Below are positions 1 through 9,457 of a DNA stretch of 64,000 bases, piece after piece. The notes under the pieces were generated by a model, which worked only from the letters and a program-made list of their open reading frames with translations, did not search any database and was not told the origin of the DNA. The translations under genes and the position numbers were made by a program. Every line of letters starts with the position of its first letter. The stretch's first letter is position 1. The DNA lies in NCBI GenBank assembly GCA_905203475.1, contig CAJKWD010000001.1, positions 15,599-79,598 on the forward strand, in the 5' to 3' direction. Source of the stretch: an uncultured Acholeplasmataceae bacterium. GTDB taxonomy: Bacteria > Bacillota_I > Bacilli_A > RF39 > UBA660.

Positions 1-493
1 ACTGTGGAAAATATTCCAACATAGTATTCATATTATCATAAGAAACATATACATGATGACGGAATTTTTTCATTTTTACACGACGAAAAAACTTTTTCAT
101 CTCACGGACATTGCCGTTATAAAGCTGATAATAATTATTATGAATCCACAATGCATTTTCCTTTGATGCATTTAAAGCGAGATGTGCTCCAGGAATAGAA
201 TATGTAGCAAATGAAATCGCAAAATCATATTTGTTCTTATGTTCCATTTTCCATTTTATTAAATGAAGACGATTTTTTATCTTTCTTACCAGGACATTTT
301 TAGAATGATTCAATGGATATTCAATCACATGAATATGTTTTGGTAATTGTTCTAGAAAGATACCTTCCTTTTTTTCTAAAACTAATGTAATCTCATATTT
401 ATCTTGATCTAATACATGTAATAAATTCACTAATGCTTTTTCAATTCCACCTAAAGAAAGAGAATAAGCAGTAAAAAATATCTTCTTTTTCAT
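1..493 (-). CDS. Glycosyltransferase, GT4-like N-terminal domain. Partial: the ATG is at 491-493 and the 3' end lies beyond the window start.
   Basis: I translated the minus strand by hand: MKKKIFFTAYSLSLGGIEKALVNLLHVLDQDKYEITLVLEKK..., an open frame running to position 2. The GG-IEKA motif is typical of the GT4 N-domain. The start overlaps the stop of the upstream gene (ATGA). Confidence 0.55.
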   Translation of the reverse strand, partial: MKKKIFFTAYSLSLGGIEKALVNLLHVLDQDKYEITLVLEKKEGIFLEQLPKHIHVIEYPLNHSKNVLVRKIKNRLHLIKWKMEHKNKYDFAISFATYSIPGAHLALNASKENALWIHNNYYQLYNGNVREMKKFFRRVKMKKFRHHVYVSYDNMNTMLEYFPQ

Positions 494-1401
494 TTACCAT
501 CACCAAATCTTTTCTTAGAAGCAATTTTACCAGGAATATAAAGACAAGTAAATAAAAATTGATTGAAACCAGAAATATATTTTGAAGCTTCTCGAAAAGT
601 ACGTTTTGTTAAATAAGTAAATAAGATATAATGCTTAATAAGGTATAATCTCCTATTAAAACGTACACCTCTCATATTATAATTTAGTGCTTCTTTAAAA
701 AATTCAAAATATCCATAAGGATTATTCTTAAATATTTTTTGTAATCCTTTTGTATAGCCTGTATCCTGGTACTCGCAAATCATAATCGGTGTAGTATGAA
801 TTAACAAACCATCTTTTTTCTCATCCATTTGATAGTACATACGCGCTTCTGTACTAAATCTTTCACCATGTTCTAAACGATATTCAAATTGCTTACGGTA
901 ATCAGCTTTAAAGGTTAATACCATATCAAAGTCAGCATTTTCTCGATAATGTAAATCATATAGTTTTCTGACCTTACCATTTAATCTATCAGGAATTTTT
1001 TGATTATGCTCTGTTAATTCTTTTTCATAAATAACACCATATATTTGATCATTGTCTTTAATTTTCTCATAATCTTCTACTATCATGTGAAAGATATGAG
1101 GCATAAAATAATCATCGTCATCCATTTCAATGACAATATCACCTGAAATATTGGGAATTAAATGGTTCAAAGCAGCCATTTTTCCTTGATTTTTCTGTGT
1201 ATAAAAATAAATTGGAAAATTTGCTTCTTTCTGCCATGTTTCCACCATATCTCTTACAGAAATAGGAGACCCATCATCCATAATCAACCATTCAATATCA
1301 GAATAATCTTTGGCATTTTCAAAAATACTATTCTTTAAACGAGGTAATAAATCTCTTCTATTATAAGTAGAAGTAACGATTGATATTTTCATATTACTCA
1401 C
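490..1401 (-). CDS. Family 2 glycosyltransferase
   Basis: N-terminus reads ISIVTSTYNRRDLLPRLKNSI...WLIMDDGS, a GT-A fold DxD-type signature. The gene overlaps its neighbours by 4-8 nt, which indicates an operon. Confidence 0.8.
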   Translation of the reverse strand: MSNMKISIVTSTYNRRDLLPRLKNSIFENAKDYSDIEWLIMDDGSPISVRDMVETWQKEANFPIYFYTQKNQGKMAALNHLIPNISGDIVIEMDDDDYFMPHIFHMIVEDYEKIKDNDQIYGVIYEKELTEHNQKIPDRLNGKVRKLYDLHYRENADFDMVLTFKADYRKQFEYRLEHGERFSTEARMYYQMDEKKDGLLIHTTPIMICEYQDTGYTKGLQKIFKNNPYGYFEFFKEALNYNMRGVRFNRRLYLIKHYILFTYLTKRTFREASKYISGFNQFLFTCLYIPGKIASKKRFGDGK

Positions 1402-2485
1402 CTAACAATTCTTTTAACTCTTCTAAAATAGAGGAATTGGAAAATGACTGTGTAACTTCCGCTCCATCTTTTTTTTCTATCATCTTCTCGATTCCTTCCA
1501 TAATACCATTTTCTGTATTTTCTACAACCATTCCTTTATCATAATTTACTAATACTTCTTTCGCTGCACTATCTGTAATTAATATATCTTTATTTAATAC
1601 TTTAGCTTCTAATAGCACCATAGGATAACCCTCGTAATAAGAAGCTAGTAAAAAAGTATCAGCATATTTCATATAAGGATAAGGGTTTTCTTTTTGTCCT
1701 AATAAAACAAAGGTATCTTCTAATCCATAGTCTTTTATTTTTTGTTGTAGCTCTGAGTGTAATGGTCCATCACCAATGATATAAATACGGTGCAATATGT
1801 TGTTTTGAATAAGTTGACGATGGACTTCTAATAATCTTAATACTGCTTTTTGTTCTGTCAAACGAGATACTTGTAAAAAATTTGGTAAATCATGTTTTAT
1901 TTCGGAAACAGTAAAGGCGTTGGCTTTTTCTGTAACAACGTGTTCATCGATATAATTGTAAATGACTTGTTTTGGAATTTGATTATGAGGAAAGATTTGT
2001 TCAAATTTTTGTAAATTATCTTGTGATACAAAAATTAATTTTTGATATTGTTGATAAGCATGTTCACTTAATTTCCTTTTCAAATAATGATGGTTATAAA
2101 CACAAATTAAATCATTATGAATCCATGCATATTTGATCGTTTGAGATTTACAACTCATAAGCCAAGTCATTGGTCCTTCCAAGAAGGCAATTTCTAAGTC
2201 GTATTTATTTTTTATATATTTTTTATAAATGTGATGGCGAAAAAATGGAAGTACAAACTGAAGAGAAAACCATATCTTTTTCCATTTTGGATAACTATCA
2301 TATGTATGTGGATAAAGAGATTGAAAATGAATTTTCTCATCTAATTGTTTTTCAAATTCTCCATCGCCATAGATTGAAAAAATAGTAATATCATAATCAT
2401 TTTTAAAATGATTTACGATATCAATTAAAACTCGTTCAGCGCCACCTGGTCTTAAACTCGTAATTCCGAATACTATTTTTTTCAT
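1394..2485 (-). CDS. GT4/GT1-family glycosyltransferase
   Basis: C-terminal EX7E-type motif YYEGYPMVLLEAKVLNKDILITD. Size is 363 aa. Confidence 0.75.
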   Translation of the reverse strand: MKKIVFGITSLRPGGAERVLIDIVNHFKNDYDITIFSIYGDGEFEKQLDEKIHFQSLYPHTYDSYPKWKKIWFSLQFVLPFFRHHIYKKYIKNKYDLEIAFLEGPMTWLMSCKSQTIKYAWIHNDLICVYNHHYLKRKLSEHAYQQYQKLIFVSQDNLQKFEQIFPHNQIPKQVIYNYIDEHVVTEKANAFTVSEIKHDLPNFLQVSRLTEQKAVLRLLEVHRQLIQNNILHRIYIIGDGPLHSELQQKIKDYGLEDTFVLLGQKENPYPYMKYADTFLLASYYEGYPMVLLEAKVLNKDILITDSAAKEVLVNYDKGMVVENTENGIMEGIEKMIEKKDGAEVTQSFSNSSILEELKELLGE

Positions 2486-3885
2486 GCAACCAACTCTTTT
2501 CTTTTTTCATTTAATAATAGAAATAAAATAGCAATGATAACCATGCATGAAACATGGAAGAATGTATAACCTGCCATCATGGATAATCCAAATGTTAAGA
2601 GTGTTCCAAACAAGTAAAAAGCATAAGTAGGAGTCACTTTTTTAAAATAACGGAAAAAGTCAATACAAGATAAAATAAATATGGCCATATAAACACCCAT
2701 GTACAAAATAAAGCCTAATATTCCAAAGTTATATAACATAGCAGGAACTTCCATTTCTAATGTCATTTCACTGTAATTTGCTAAATAGCCATTACCAAAT
2801 AATATACGTAATGGATTATGTTGCTCTTTTACTAAATATGTATGATATAAAAGTTGTTGAACTCTACGATTGGAATTGCTTAAATTCCATTGATTAGCAG
2901 TATGATACATATCTAGTAATGCCTGCTGTTGAGCATGATCCATAAAATGTTCATCCATTAATCCGTCCTCAATTTGATGAACATAATCTAAAGCATCACC
3001 AGTAATATGAGATTCTTCTTTGGTTGTTGTATCTACCACTTGGTTACTTTCTTCTTCTAAGTGTTTTTGGCGTTCTAATGTATTAGAGCCAAAAATAAAT
3101 ACGCCAATCCCAATAACAGCAATACAAACCATGGCGATTACTATCACTTTCTTTGAAATTTTCTGTCGCTTTTTAGAAAATAGAAGCATGCATAAAATAA
3201 AAGCAACAATCACAAGTGGAAAACCTAATAGTCCTACTCTTGTACCCAATAAACACATTAAATAAATACCTACTAATAAAGTAAGAAAAATTTGATGCTT
3301 CTTTTTTTCTTTCATAAATAGAGGTAATACAATGACTAAACATAATAATAAGATAGAGCCAACTGCGTTTCCTGATGAATTCCAACCTTTATAGCCAATT
3401 CCATCAATATAAGTGTGTGATGATGTTCCACTTAATACAGATACATATATAAGAGCAATATATCCCCATAAGAAATAAGAAACATATCGTGGAATATCAT
3501 TTAATTTTTTTTCTTGACGAAAGCGATACAAAAGGTAAAAGATAACCATCATATAAGTATAATTTAATAAATACTGTATTTCATGAAAAATGGAACCATA
3601 TGCACTATTTGTATGATAAACATAATAACAAATAGCATGACCCAGAGCATATAAGAAATAAATGAGGCCTAGCACAATCATTTTAATACGGTTTTGTTTT
3701 TCATGAAGAAATAAATAGACAAATAGAATGGTTGGAATTACTAATCTTAATAATACTGTAGGTGATACTGCTATATCTGGAAACCAATTGTGAAGTAGGA
3801 AACTAAAAGAGTCTAAAAAAGGAGATATGATTAAAAAAAGATAAAATAAATACTCTATTTTCCAATTTTCTTTTATCTTTTTCAT
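2482..3885 (-). CDS. Polytopic membrane protein, O-antigen ligase / Wzy-like polymerase candidate
   Basis: 467 aa with 10 or more hydrophobic helices and a large hydrophilic loop near the C-terminus. It is embedded between glycosyltransferase genes. Confidence 0.5.
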   Translation of the reverse strand: MKKIKENWKIEYLFYLFLIISPFLDSFSFLLHNWFPDIAVSPTVLLRLVIPTILFVYLFLHEKQNRIKMIVLGLIYFLYALGHAICYYVYHTNSAYGSIFHEIQYLLNYTYMMVIFYLLYRFRQEKKLNDIPRYVSYFLWGYIALIYVSVLSGTSSHTYIDGIGYKGWNSSGNAVGSILLLCLVIVLPLFMKEKKKHQIFLTLLVGIYLMCLLGTRVGLLGFPLVIVAFILCMLLFSKKRQKISKKVIVIAMVCIAVIGIGVFIFGSNTLERQKHLEEESNQVVDTTTKEESHITGDALDYVHQIEDGLMDEHFMDHAQQQALLDMYHTANQWNLSNSNRRVQQLLYHTYLVKEQHNPLRILFGNGYLANYSEMTLEMEVPAMLYNFGILGFILYMGVYMAIFILSCIDFFRYFKKVTPTYAFYLFGTLLTFGLSMMAGYTFFHVSCMVIIAILFLLLNEKRKELVA

Positions 3886-3888
3886 AAC

Positions 3889-4866
3889 TTACCTCCAACT
3901 CTTAGGAATGCGAAGAATGAGTTTTCCAAATGTGTGAAATAACTTCGCTGATAGATAATAAAAAGTACGATTCATATGTCTATAATAGCAATTACGAATG
4001 CCTTTTTTTGTCTTTAAAAATTTATTTTTCTTCCAATGAGGAAATTTCTCGTTTAATAAATCATAGCCTTCTTTTAAATATTGATTTCGTAACTCTTTAT
4101 CTTCTAAACTAGAAATACGATAAAAACTTCTTCCAAATATATAACGAACAAATACATATTCTATTTCGTCATGATATTTAGGAAGTAATTTATGTTGTTG
4201 ATAATATTCTAGTACGATATTTAAAATATCATATAGTTCTCTTACTCGTACATCTTGGGTATTAGCAATTGAATCATCTCTTTGAATATAGTGATAAAGT
4301 GGTTCTCTAACATAACCAATATTTTCTGTCCATGGTAATATTTCGTAACAAAAAGCAATATCTTCATAATGAAGTCCTACAGGAAACTGTAACTTTTTTT
4401 CTTTTACAAGCTCAGTTTTATATAGCTTATTCCATGCTGGTACACGAATATCGGTAAAATAATTGTCTTCGACATTAGAATGATCAATTACTTTACGATC
4501 AGGATATTCCCATATATAATCACATTCTACCATATCGTACTTTCCACGAATGGCTTCTTGATACATTTTCTCATACATAGTTGTCTCCACATAGTCATCG
4601 CTATCTACAAAAGCAATATATTCTCCTTTTACATGTGGCAAAGCATAGTTTCTCGCATCTGATAATCCTCCGTTTTTCTTTTTAAAAGGAATAACTCTTG
4701 AATCCATTTTCGCATACTTATCAATGATTTTCTGACTATTATCTTTTGTTCCATCATTCACAACAAGGATCTCAATATCATGTAATGTTTGATTAACTAA
4801 ACTCTCTAAACAACGTTCTAAATACTTTTCCACATTATATACAGGAACAATAATACTTACTTTCAT
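3889..4866 (-). CDS. Family 2 glycosyltransferase
   Basis: MKVSIIVPVYNVEKYLERCLESLVNQT...VVNDGTKDNS, a canonical GT2 N-terminus. Confidence 0.8.
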   Translation of the reverse strand: MKVSIIVPVYNVEKYLERCLESLVNQTLHDIEILVVNDGTKDNSQKIIDKYAKMDSRVIPFKKKNGGLSDARNYALPHVKGEYIAFVDSDDYVETTMYEKMYQEAIRGKYDMVECDYIWEYPDRKVIDHSNVEDNYFTDIRVPAWNKLYKTELVKEKKLQFPVGLHYEDIAFCYEILPWTENIGYVREPLYHYIQRDDSIANTQDVRVRELYDILNIVLEYYQQHKLLPKYHDEIEYVFVRYIFGRSFYRISSLEDKELRNQYLKEGYDLLNEKFPHWKKNKFLKTKKGIRNCYYRHMNRTFYYLSAKLFHTFGKLILRIPKSWR

Positions 4867-4879
4867 ATAATCATCCTAT

Positions 4880-5824
4880 CTATTTTGCAACTCGTTTCAT
4901 ATAAAAACATAAGTGATGTTTTACAAGATATCTTTTTATTTTACGTATGAGATTATCGTTTCTTAAATACTTCCATACTTCTCTTTTTTTCAATTCATCG
5001 GCAAACTCTTTTAAAGGTTGATTAGAAAGAGATTTTCCCTTAATGAATAAAGTATTTGTTAAATAACTCATAACATATTGTTTTTCTTCCATACTCAATG
5101 TTTTTAATTCTGTAATTTGTCTTTTTAAGACATCATACTGTTCTAATGTATCATTTGCTTTTTTAAGCAATTTTACATCATCATTCGAAGTCATAATACT
5201 ATTACTACGAACAATATAATAATATAGACAATCGGGAATCGATGATACTGTTTTTGCACATAATACAACATATGGCGTCAATCCATAATCTTCATGATAT
5301 TTGCCTTTTTGATATTGAAATTGATGTTCTAACCAGAATTCACGACGATAAGCATAAGACCAAGCAGTAACAAAATAAGAATCGGAAGATAATGTATAAA
5401 AGGCTTGCATACCTGTTTGCTTTGAAAAATTAGGCGCTTTCATCATCGTATCTTTTTCTTCTTGTAATATAAAACCAAAGTGAATCATATCTGGTTTGCT
5501 ATCAATCATAATTGTTTCTTCAATTGATTTTAAATAATCAGGAGAAACATAATCGTCACCATCAACAAATAATAGATAATCACCCGTTGCTTTACTTACA
5601 CCATAATTTCTCGCATCTGATAGTCCTCCATTTTCTTTTTGATATCCAAAAAAACGAGAATCTTTTTTTACAAACTCATCAATAATTTCTTGACTTTGAT
5701 CAGGACTACCATCATTGACAACAATCACTTCAAAATTTTCATATACTTGTTTTTGTAAACTATTTAAACACTGTCTTAAATATTTTTCCACGTTATATAC
5801 AGGAATTATTATACTAAATTTCAT
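4880..5824 (-). CDS. Family 2 glycosyltransferase, first gene of the glycan operon
   Basis: MKFSIIIPVYNVEKYLRQCLNSLQKQ...VVNDGSPDQS. It is paralogous to the 3889..4866 product. Confidence 0.8.
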   Translation of the reverse strand: MKFSIIIPVYNVEKYLRQCLNSLQKQVYENFEVIVVNDGSPDQSQEIIDEFVKKDSRFFGYQKENGGLSDARNYGVSKATGDYLLFVDGDDYVSPDYLKSIEETIMIDSKPDMIHFGFILQEEKDTMMKAPNFSKQTGMQAFYTLSSDSYFVTAWSYAYRREFWLEHQFQYQKGKYHEDYGLTPYVVLCAKTVSSIPDCLYYYIVRSNSIMTSNDDVKLLKKANDTLEQYDVLKRQITELKTLSMEEKQYVMSYLTNTLFIKGKSLSNQPLKEFADELKKREVWKYLRNDNLIRKIKRYLVKHHLCFYMKRVAK

Positions 5825-5851
5825 AGCATCACCTACGATTAATCCATGTTC

Positions 5852-5880
5852 ATTATATCAAATGTATAAAAGAGAAGCAA
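5852..5880 (-). promoter_or_regulatory. Sigma-A-type promoter for the glycosyltransferase operon
   Basis: On the minus strand: TTGCTT, 17-nt spacer, TATAAT. An AGGTGA RBS sits before the ATG at 5824. Confidence 0.45.
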
Positions 5881-5887
5881 GAAATGA

Positions 5888-5911
5888 AAATAGTCACTAA
5901 AAAGTGACTAT
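5888..5911 (-). terminator. Rho-independent terminator downstream of the XRE-membrane gene
   Basis: 9-bp inverted repeat aatagtcac/gtgactatt overlapping the stop codon, followed by a U-rich tract on the minus strand. Confidence 0.45.
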
Positions 5912-7446
5912 TCCTGTAATAATGATTCTAAATTTTGTTTATAACTATTCAACTTATCTTGGTATTCTGTTACTTTAGATTCTAATTCACTATTTTGTTC
6001 TTCTAATTTTGTATTTTCTTCTGTAACTTGATCTAATTGTTCCTGTAAAGATTCAATCTCTGACTGTTCTTCTACTTCCATTTCACGTTTGATTGAATTA
6101 TGATAATGATCTAATAAACGATTTATATTTTCTTCACTAGCATACACTGTTACATGATATTGATATAACTCTGAATAATTATATAAATGTTTTTCTTTTA
6201 AACCATCTATGAATAGAGATACTGCTTTTGAAACAAATACATTTTCTGGATTTTCTTCGCGAACAAAAACAAATCCATTATCATGAGATACGATATCTAC
6301 ACTTAAATATTCTGGGAAGTATTTAACCACAATTTTAACTTCATCACCAAGCGTATTATCTACCTTCATATCATAAAAATCTAGAGAATCAATTACCAAA
6401 GAATCAGACATTGCAATTTTCTTTTCAATTGTTTTTGCTTTTTCAGTAATTGGTGCTTTATCAGTATATGTAGTATTTACAAATTCTAACATAGTGATTC
6501 CAAAAGAAATTCCTAGGCCAATTAAAGATACGATTGTCAAAATAACTGTTCTTTTGATTGGTGTTTTACGATTAAATAGAAAGTTAAATAATAATTCTAG
6601 AATGAGTATGTGAAGAATTATAGCAAAAATAATTCCCAATAATATTCCAAAGTGAAATACTCCTTGGAATAATAAAATAAACATGACAATAAATGCTGCC
6701 GAGAATAGAAATAGAGAAAGGGCAAATGGACATATTAAAATAAAGAAAACCATGATTTTTATAAAGAAAATAGCAATTTTACCAAGAGCTTCAAAAAAGG
6801 CATAGCTTTTTTCCGGTCTTATTTCTTTCATGACCTTTTGCTCTGGTATCAGTTCTACATCCTTACTATTTTTTTCTGTACTAGTTGATACAGATTGAAA
6901 ATCATAGCGATCTAAATACATCATTTTAAATAAATAAACTAATAATATGATATATAAGATAAAGAAACTACCATTTAATAATAATTCAATTAAGCCTATT
7001 ACAAAATAGATAAATTGATTGCTTCCTAAAGTAAGAATTAAATTAGTTAAACGATTACTTAAAAAGTCAAATGGAATATATCCTATCTGTAGTATGATAG
7101 CAACAACAAACATCACAAAAAGACATTTTATGCTCTTTTTTAATCCCATTGTATGAAACATATGATAAGTCTTGTTCACAAGATCTAACATGCTATCAAT
7201 TAAGTTATTGATACTATTCTTTTTCTTTTCTCCTATTTTAATATCTGTAATCTCATCGTTTGTTAAATCATCTAGGCTGCATTTAAATATCTTACACATA
7301 GCAAGTAATTTATCCATTTCAGGATATGTTTGACCAGACTCCCATTTCGATACAGACTGTCTTGTCACATCTAATAAGTCAGCAAGTTTTTCTTGTGACA
7401 TCTTATTTGCTTTTCTCAAAGCTTGTAGTTTTTCACTAAAACTCAT
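5908..7446 (-). CDS. XRE-family HTH transcription regulator fused to a polytopic membrane domain and a C-terminal coiled-coil
   Basis: N-terminus LQALRKANKMSQEKLADLLDVTRQSVSKWESGQTYP is a Cro/C1-type HTH. It is followed by about 8 hydrophobic helices. The C-terminal 60 aa are heptad-like and E/Q/L-rich. Confidence 0.6.
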   Translation of the reverse strand: MSFSEKLQALRKANKMSQEKLADLLDVTRQSVSKWESGQTYPEMDKLLAMCKIFKCSLDDLTNDEITDIKIGEKKKNSINNLIDSMLDLVNKTYHMFHTMGLKKSIKCLFVMFVVAIILQIGYIPFDFLSNRLTNLILTLGSNQFIYFVIGLIELLLNGSFFILYIILLVYLFKMMYLDRYDFQSVSTSTEKNSKDVELIPEQKVMKEIRPEKSYAFFEALGKIAIFFIKIMVFFILICPFALSLFLFSAAFIVMFILLFQGVFHFGILLGIIFAIILHILILELLFNFLFNRKTPIKRTVILTIVSLIGLGISFGITMLEFVNTTYTDKAPITEKAKTIEKKIAMSDSLVIDSLDFYDMKVDNTLGDEVKIVVKYFPEYLSVDIVSHDNGFVFVREENPENVFVSKAVSLFIDGLKEKHLYNYSELYQYHVTVYASEENINRLLDHYHNSIKREMEVEEQSEIESLQEQLDQVTEENTKLEEQNSELESKVTEYQDKLNSYKQNLESLLQE

Positions 7447-7539
7447 TTTATCACCTCGTGATCATTTTATAATGTAACTCTGGTTGCATACTACCAATTT
7501 TCAGTTGTTTTTTGTTACTTTTTAGTTGCGATTTTATTT

Positions 7540-7577
7540 TTTAAAAGAAAAAGTGAATTTTAAATTGAAAATTCACT
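7540..7577 (-). terminator. Rho-independent terminator of the five-gene operon ending in the RluA gene
   Basis: 10-bp perfect stem agtgaatttt/aaaattcact overlapping the stop at 7560, followed on the minus strand by UUUUUCUUUU. Confidence 0.55.
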
Positions 7578-8240
7578 CCAAGGATAACGTTTCGGAAGTG
7601 GTAATGAAAAATACATCATTTCTTTTGTCGTTGGATGTTGAAATGTAATAGCATGTGAGAATAGAGCTATCTGTTGTCCTGGCTTAGCTTGTTTAGAATA
7701 TTTTTGATCACCAAATAAAGGATAACCATGATGAGAAAATTGAACACGAATTTGATGAGAGCGACCTGTTTTTAATTGGATTTTTACAAGACTCATATCT
7801 TTTTTATATTGTAAACATATAAAATCTAATATAGCCTGTTTTCCCTGTGGATGAACAGTTACAATGTTTCTTTTCTCATTCTTTAATAAATAATCTTCTA
7901 AGTGTCCTTGTTTTTCTATATTTCCTAAAACAACTGCATAATATTCTTTTTTAAACTGATGTGTTCTTACTTGTTCACTAAGACGGCTGGCTGCTTTAGA
8001 AGTTTTTGCAAATACCATTACTCCTCCAACTGGTCTATCTAAACGATGTACAAGCCCTAAATATACATTTCCTGGCTTCTGATATCTCTTTTTTAAATCA
8101 GCTTTTAACATCGTTAATAAATCTAAATCATGACTCTCATCAGCTTGGACTGGTATATTAATTGGCTTTTCAACAACTAATAAATGATTATCTTCATAAA
8201 TAACATTAATCTTTTGATTCATAACGTCCATATATACCAC
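7560..8240 (-). CDS. RluA-family pseudouridine synthase (no S4 domain)
   Basis: HRLDRPVGGVMVFAKT catalytic-Asp motif. Size is 226 aa. Alternative ATG starts exist at M4 and M7. The gene overlaps the upstream gene by 17-35 nt. Confidence 0.8.
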   Translation of the reverse strand: MVYMDVMNQKINVIYEDNHLLVVEKPINIPVQADESHDLDLLTMLKADLKKRYQKPGNVYLGLVHRLDRPVGGVMVFAKTSKAASRLSEQVRTHQFKKEYYAVVLGNIEKQGHLEDYLLKNEKRNIVTVHPQGKQAILDFICLQYKKDMSLVKIQLKTGRSHQIRVQFSHHGYPLFGDQKYSKQAKPGQQIALFSHAITFQHPTTKEMMYFSLPLPKRYPWSEFSI

Positions 8241-9078
8241 AAGGTAATACCAAATGATTTGTTTCTATTGGTAAACCTACTTCTCCTGTATCAATGATAC
8301 CTTCAGGATATTTCTTTAAAATAGTTGTTTTCAAAATATTTTCTAATACAGTACTACTAATACCAGTTGTATAAGAATTGATAAGCACAAACAAAGGTTT
8401 ATCAGATAATATCTTCATACATGCTTCAATTAAAACATAAATATTATCCTCAAACTTCCATACTTCTCCGTTTGGTCCTCTTCCATAACTTGGAGGATCC
8501 ATAATAATAACGTCATATTTACGTCCCCTTCGTGCTTCTCTTTCCACAAATTTTAAACAATCATCTACAATATAGCGAATATGATGATTTTCTAACCCTG
8601 ATAATTTGGCATTTTCTTTTGCCCATTGTACCATACCTTTAGCTGCATCTACGTGTACGACTTCTTCAGCACCGGCATAAGAACAAGCAATGGTTGCTCC
8701 TCCTGTATAGGCAAATAAATTTAATACTTTAATAGGACGATTAGCACGTTGAATCTTTTGAATCATATAATCCCAGTTGGTTGCTTGTTCCGGAAATAAA
8801 CCAGTATGTTTAAAATTAGTAGGGGTTACTTTAAATGATAAATCTTTATAATGAATCACCCAATAGTCGGGTAATTTACGATAAAACTTCCATTCTCCTC
8901 CACCTTTATGACTACGGTAATATCTTCCATCAACTCGATTCCATTTTTCATCTTTTTCTGTCTTCCATATTGCCTGAGGATCAGGTCTTCTCAGAACGAT
9001 ATCTCCCCATCTTTCTAATTTTTCTCCATTTCCGGCATCAATACAAACATAATCTTTCCATTCATTACTTACTCTCAT
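8206..9078 (-). CDS. Class I SAM-dependent RNA methyltransferase (COG1092 / RlmI-like, lacking PUA)
   Basis: FAYTGGATIACSYAGA SAM-binding motif I, and IIMDPPSYGRG motif IV. Size is 290 aa. Confidence 0.7.
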   Translation of the reverse strand: MRVSNEWKDYVCIDAGNGEKLERWGDIVLRRPDPQAIWKTEKDEKWNRVDGRYYRSHKGGGEWKFYRKLPDYWVIHYKDLSFKVTPTNFKHTGLFPEQATNWDYMIQKIQRANRPIKVLNLFAYTGGATIACSYAGAEEVVHVDAAKGMVQWAKENAKLSGLENHHIRYIVDDCLKFVEREARRGRKYDVIIMDPPSYGRGPNGEVWKFEDNIYVLIEACMKILSDKPLFVLINSYTTGISSTVLENILKTTILKKYPEGIIDTGEVGLPIETNHLVLPCGIYGRYESKD

Positions 9079-9085
9079 ATAATCC

Positions 9086-9454
9086 CTACGCTTTCTGAAA
9101 TTCTTTCTGTAATACCTCTAAATTTTCTTTGATAGTAGAAACTGCCAGTTCTCCTTTTAAAGTATCTGGAATTTCTGTCAATAAAGAATATTCTTCTAAC
9201 ATTTCTTTTTGCACTTCTTTTAAATCATGATGCAATAATTTTTCTTTTAATTGTTTCATATCATGCATCATAAATAAAAAATAACTCGCACAGATAAATT
9301 CTAATCTTTCTTGTTTTGTAATATCTTCAATTAATTCATAAGATTTATCAATCATATCAGAAAGTGCTTTTTCTTTTAATAGGGCACTTCCTTTATCTTC
9401 ATCGTGAATTAAATATTCTTTTAATTCTACTAAAATTGTCTCATTTTCTGTCAT
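9086..9454 (-). CDS. Hypothetical acidic helical protein, 122 aa
   Basis: Open frame with an AGGAG RBS 6 nt upstream. It starts 4 nt after the stop of the upstream gene. No recognisable motif. Confidence 0.5.
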   Translation of the reverse strand: MTENETILVELKEYLIHDEDKGSALLKEKALSDMIDKSYELIEDITKQERLEFICASYFLFMMHDMKQLKEKLLHHDLKEVQKEMLEEYSLLTEIPDTLKGELAVSTIKENLEVLQKEFQKA

Positions 9455-9457
9455 ATT

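Noticed and set aside
2300-2330. Single DnaA-box-like 9-mer (TGTGGATAA) inside the GT4 gene. Weaker near-matches occur at 39426 and 26170.
   Set aside because: These are isolated and lie inside coding sequence with no cluster, consistent with chance occurrence in an AT-rich genome.
8206-8240. 35-nt overlap between the methyltransferase and RluA ORFs, a possible frameshift or fusion
   Set aside because: Both frames are intact and each protein is complete by itself. The overlap shrinks to 17 nt using the internal Met of RluA. Overlaps like this are normal for coupled genes.
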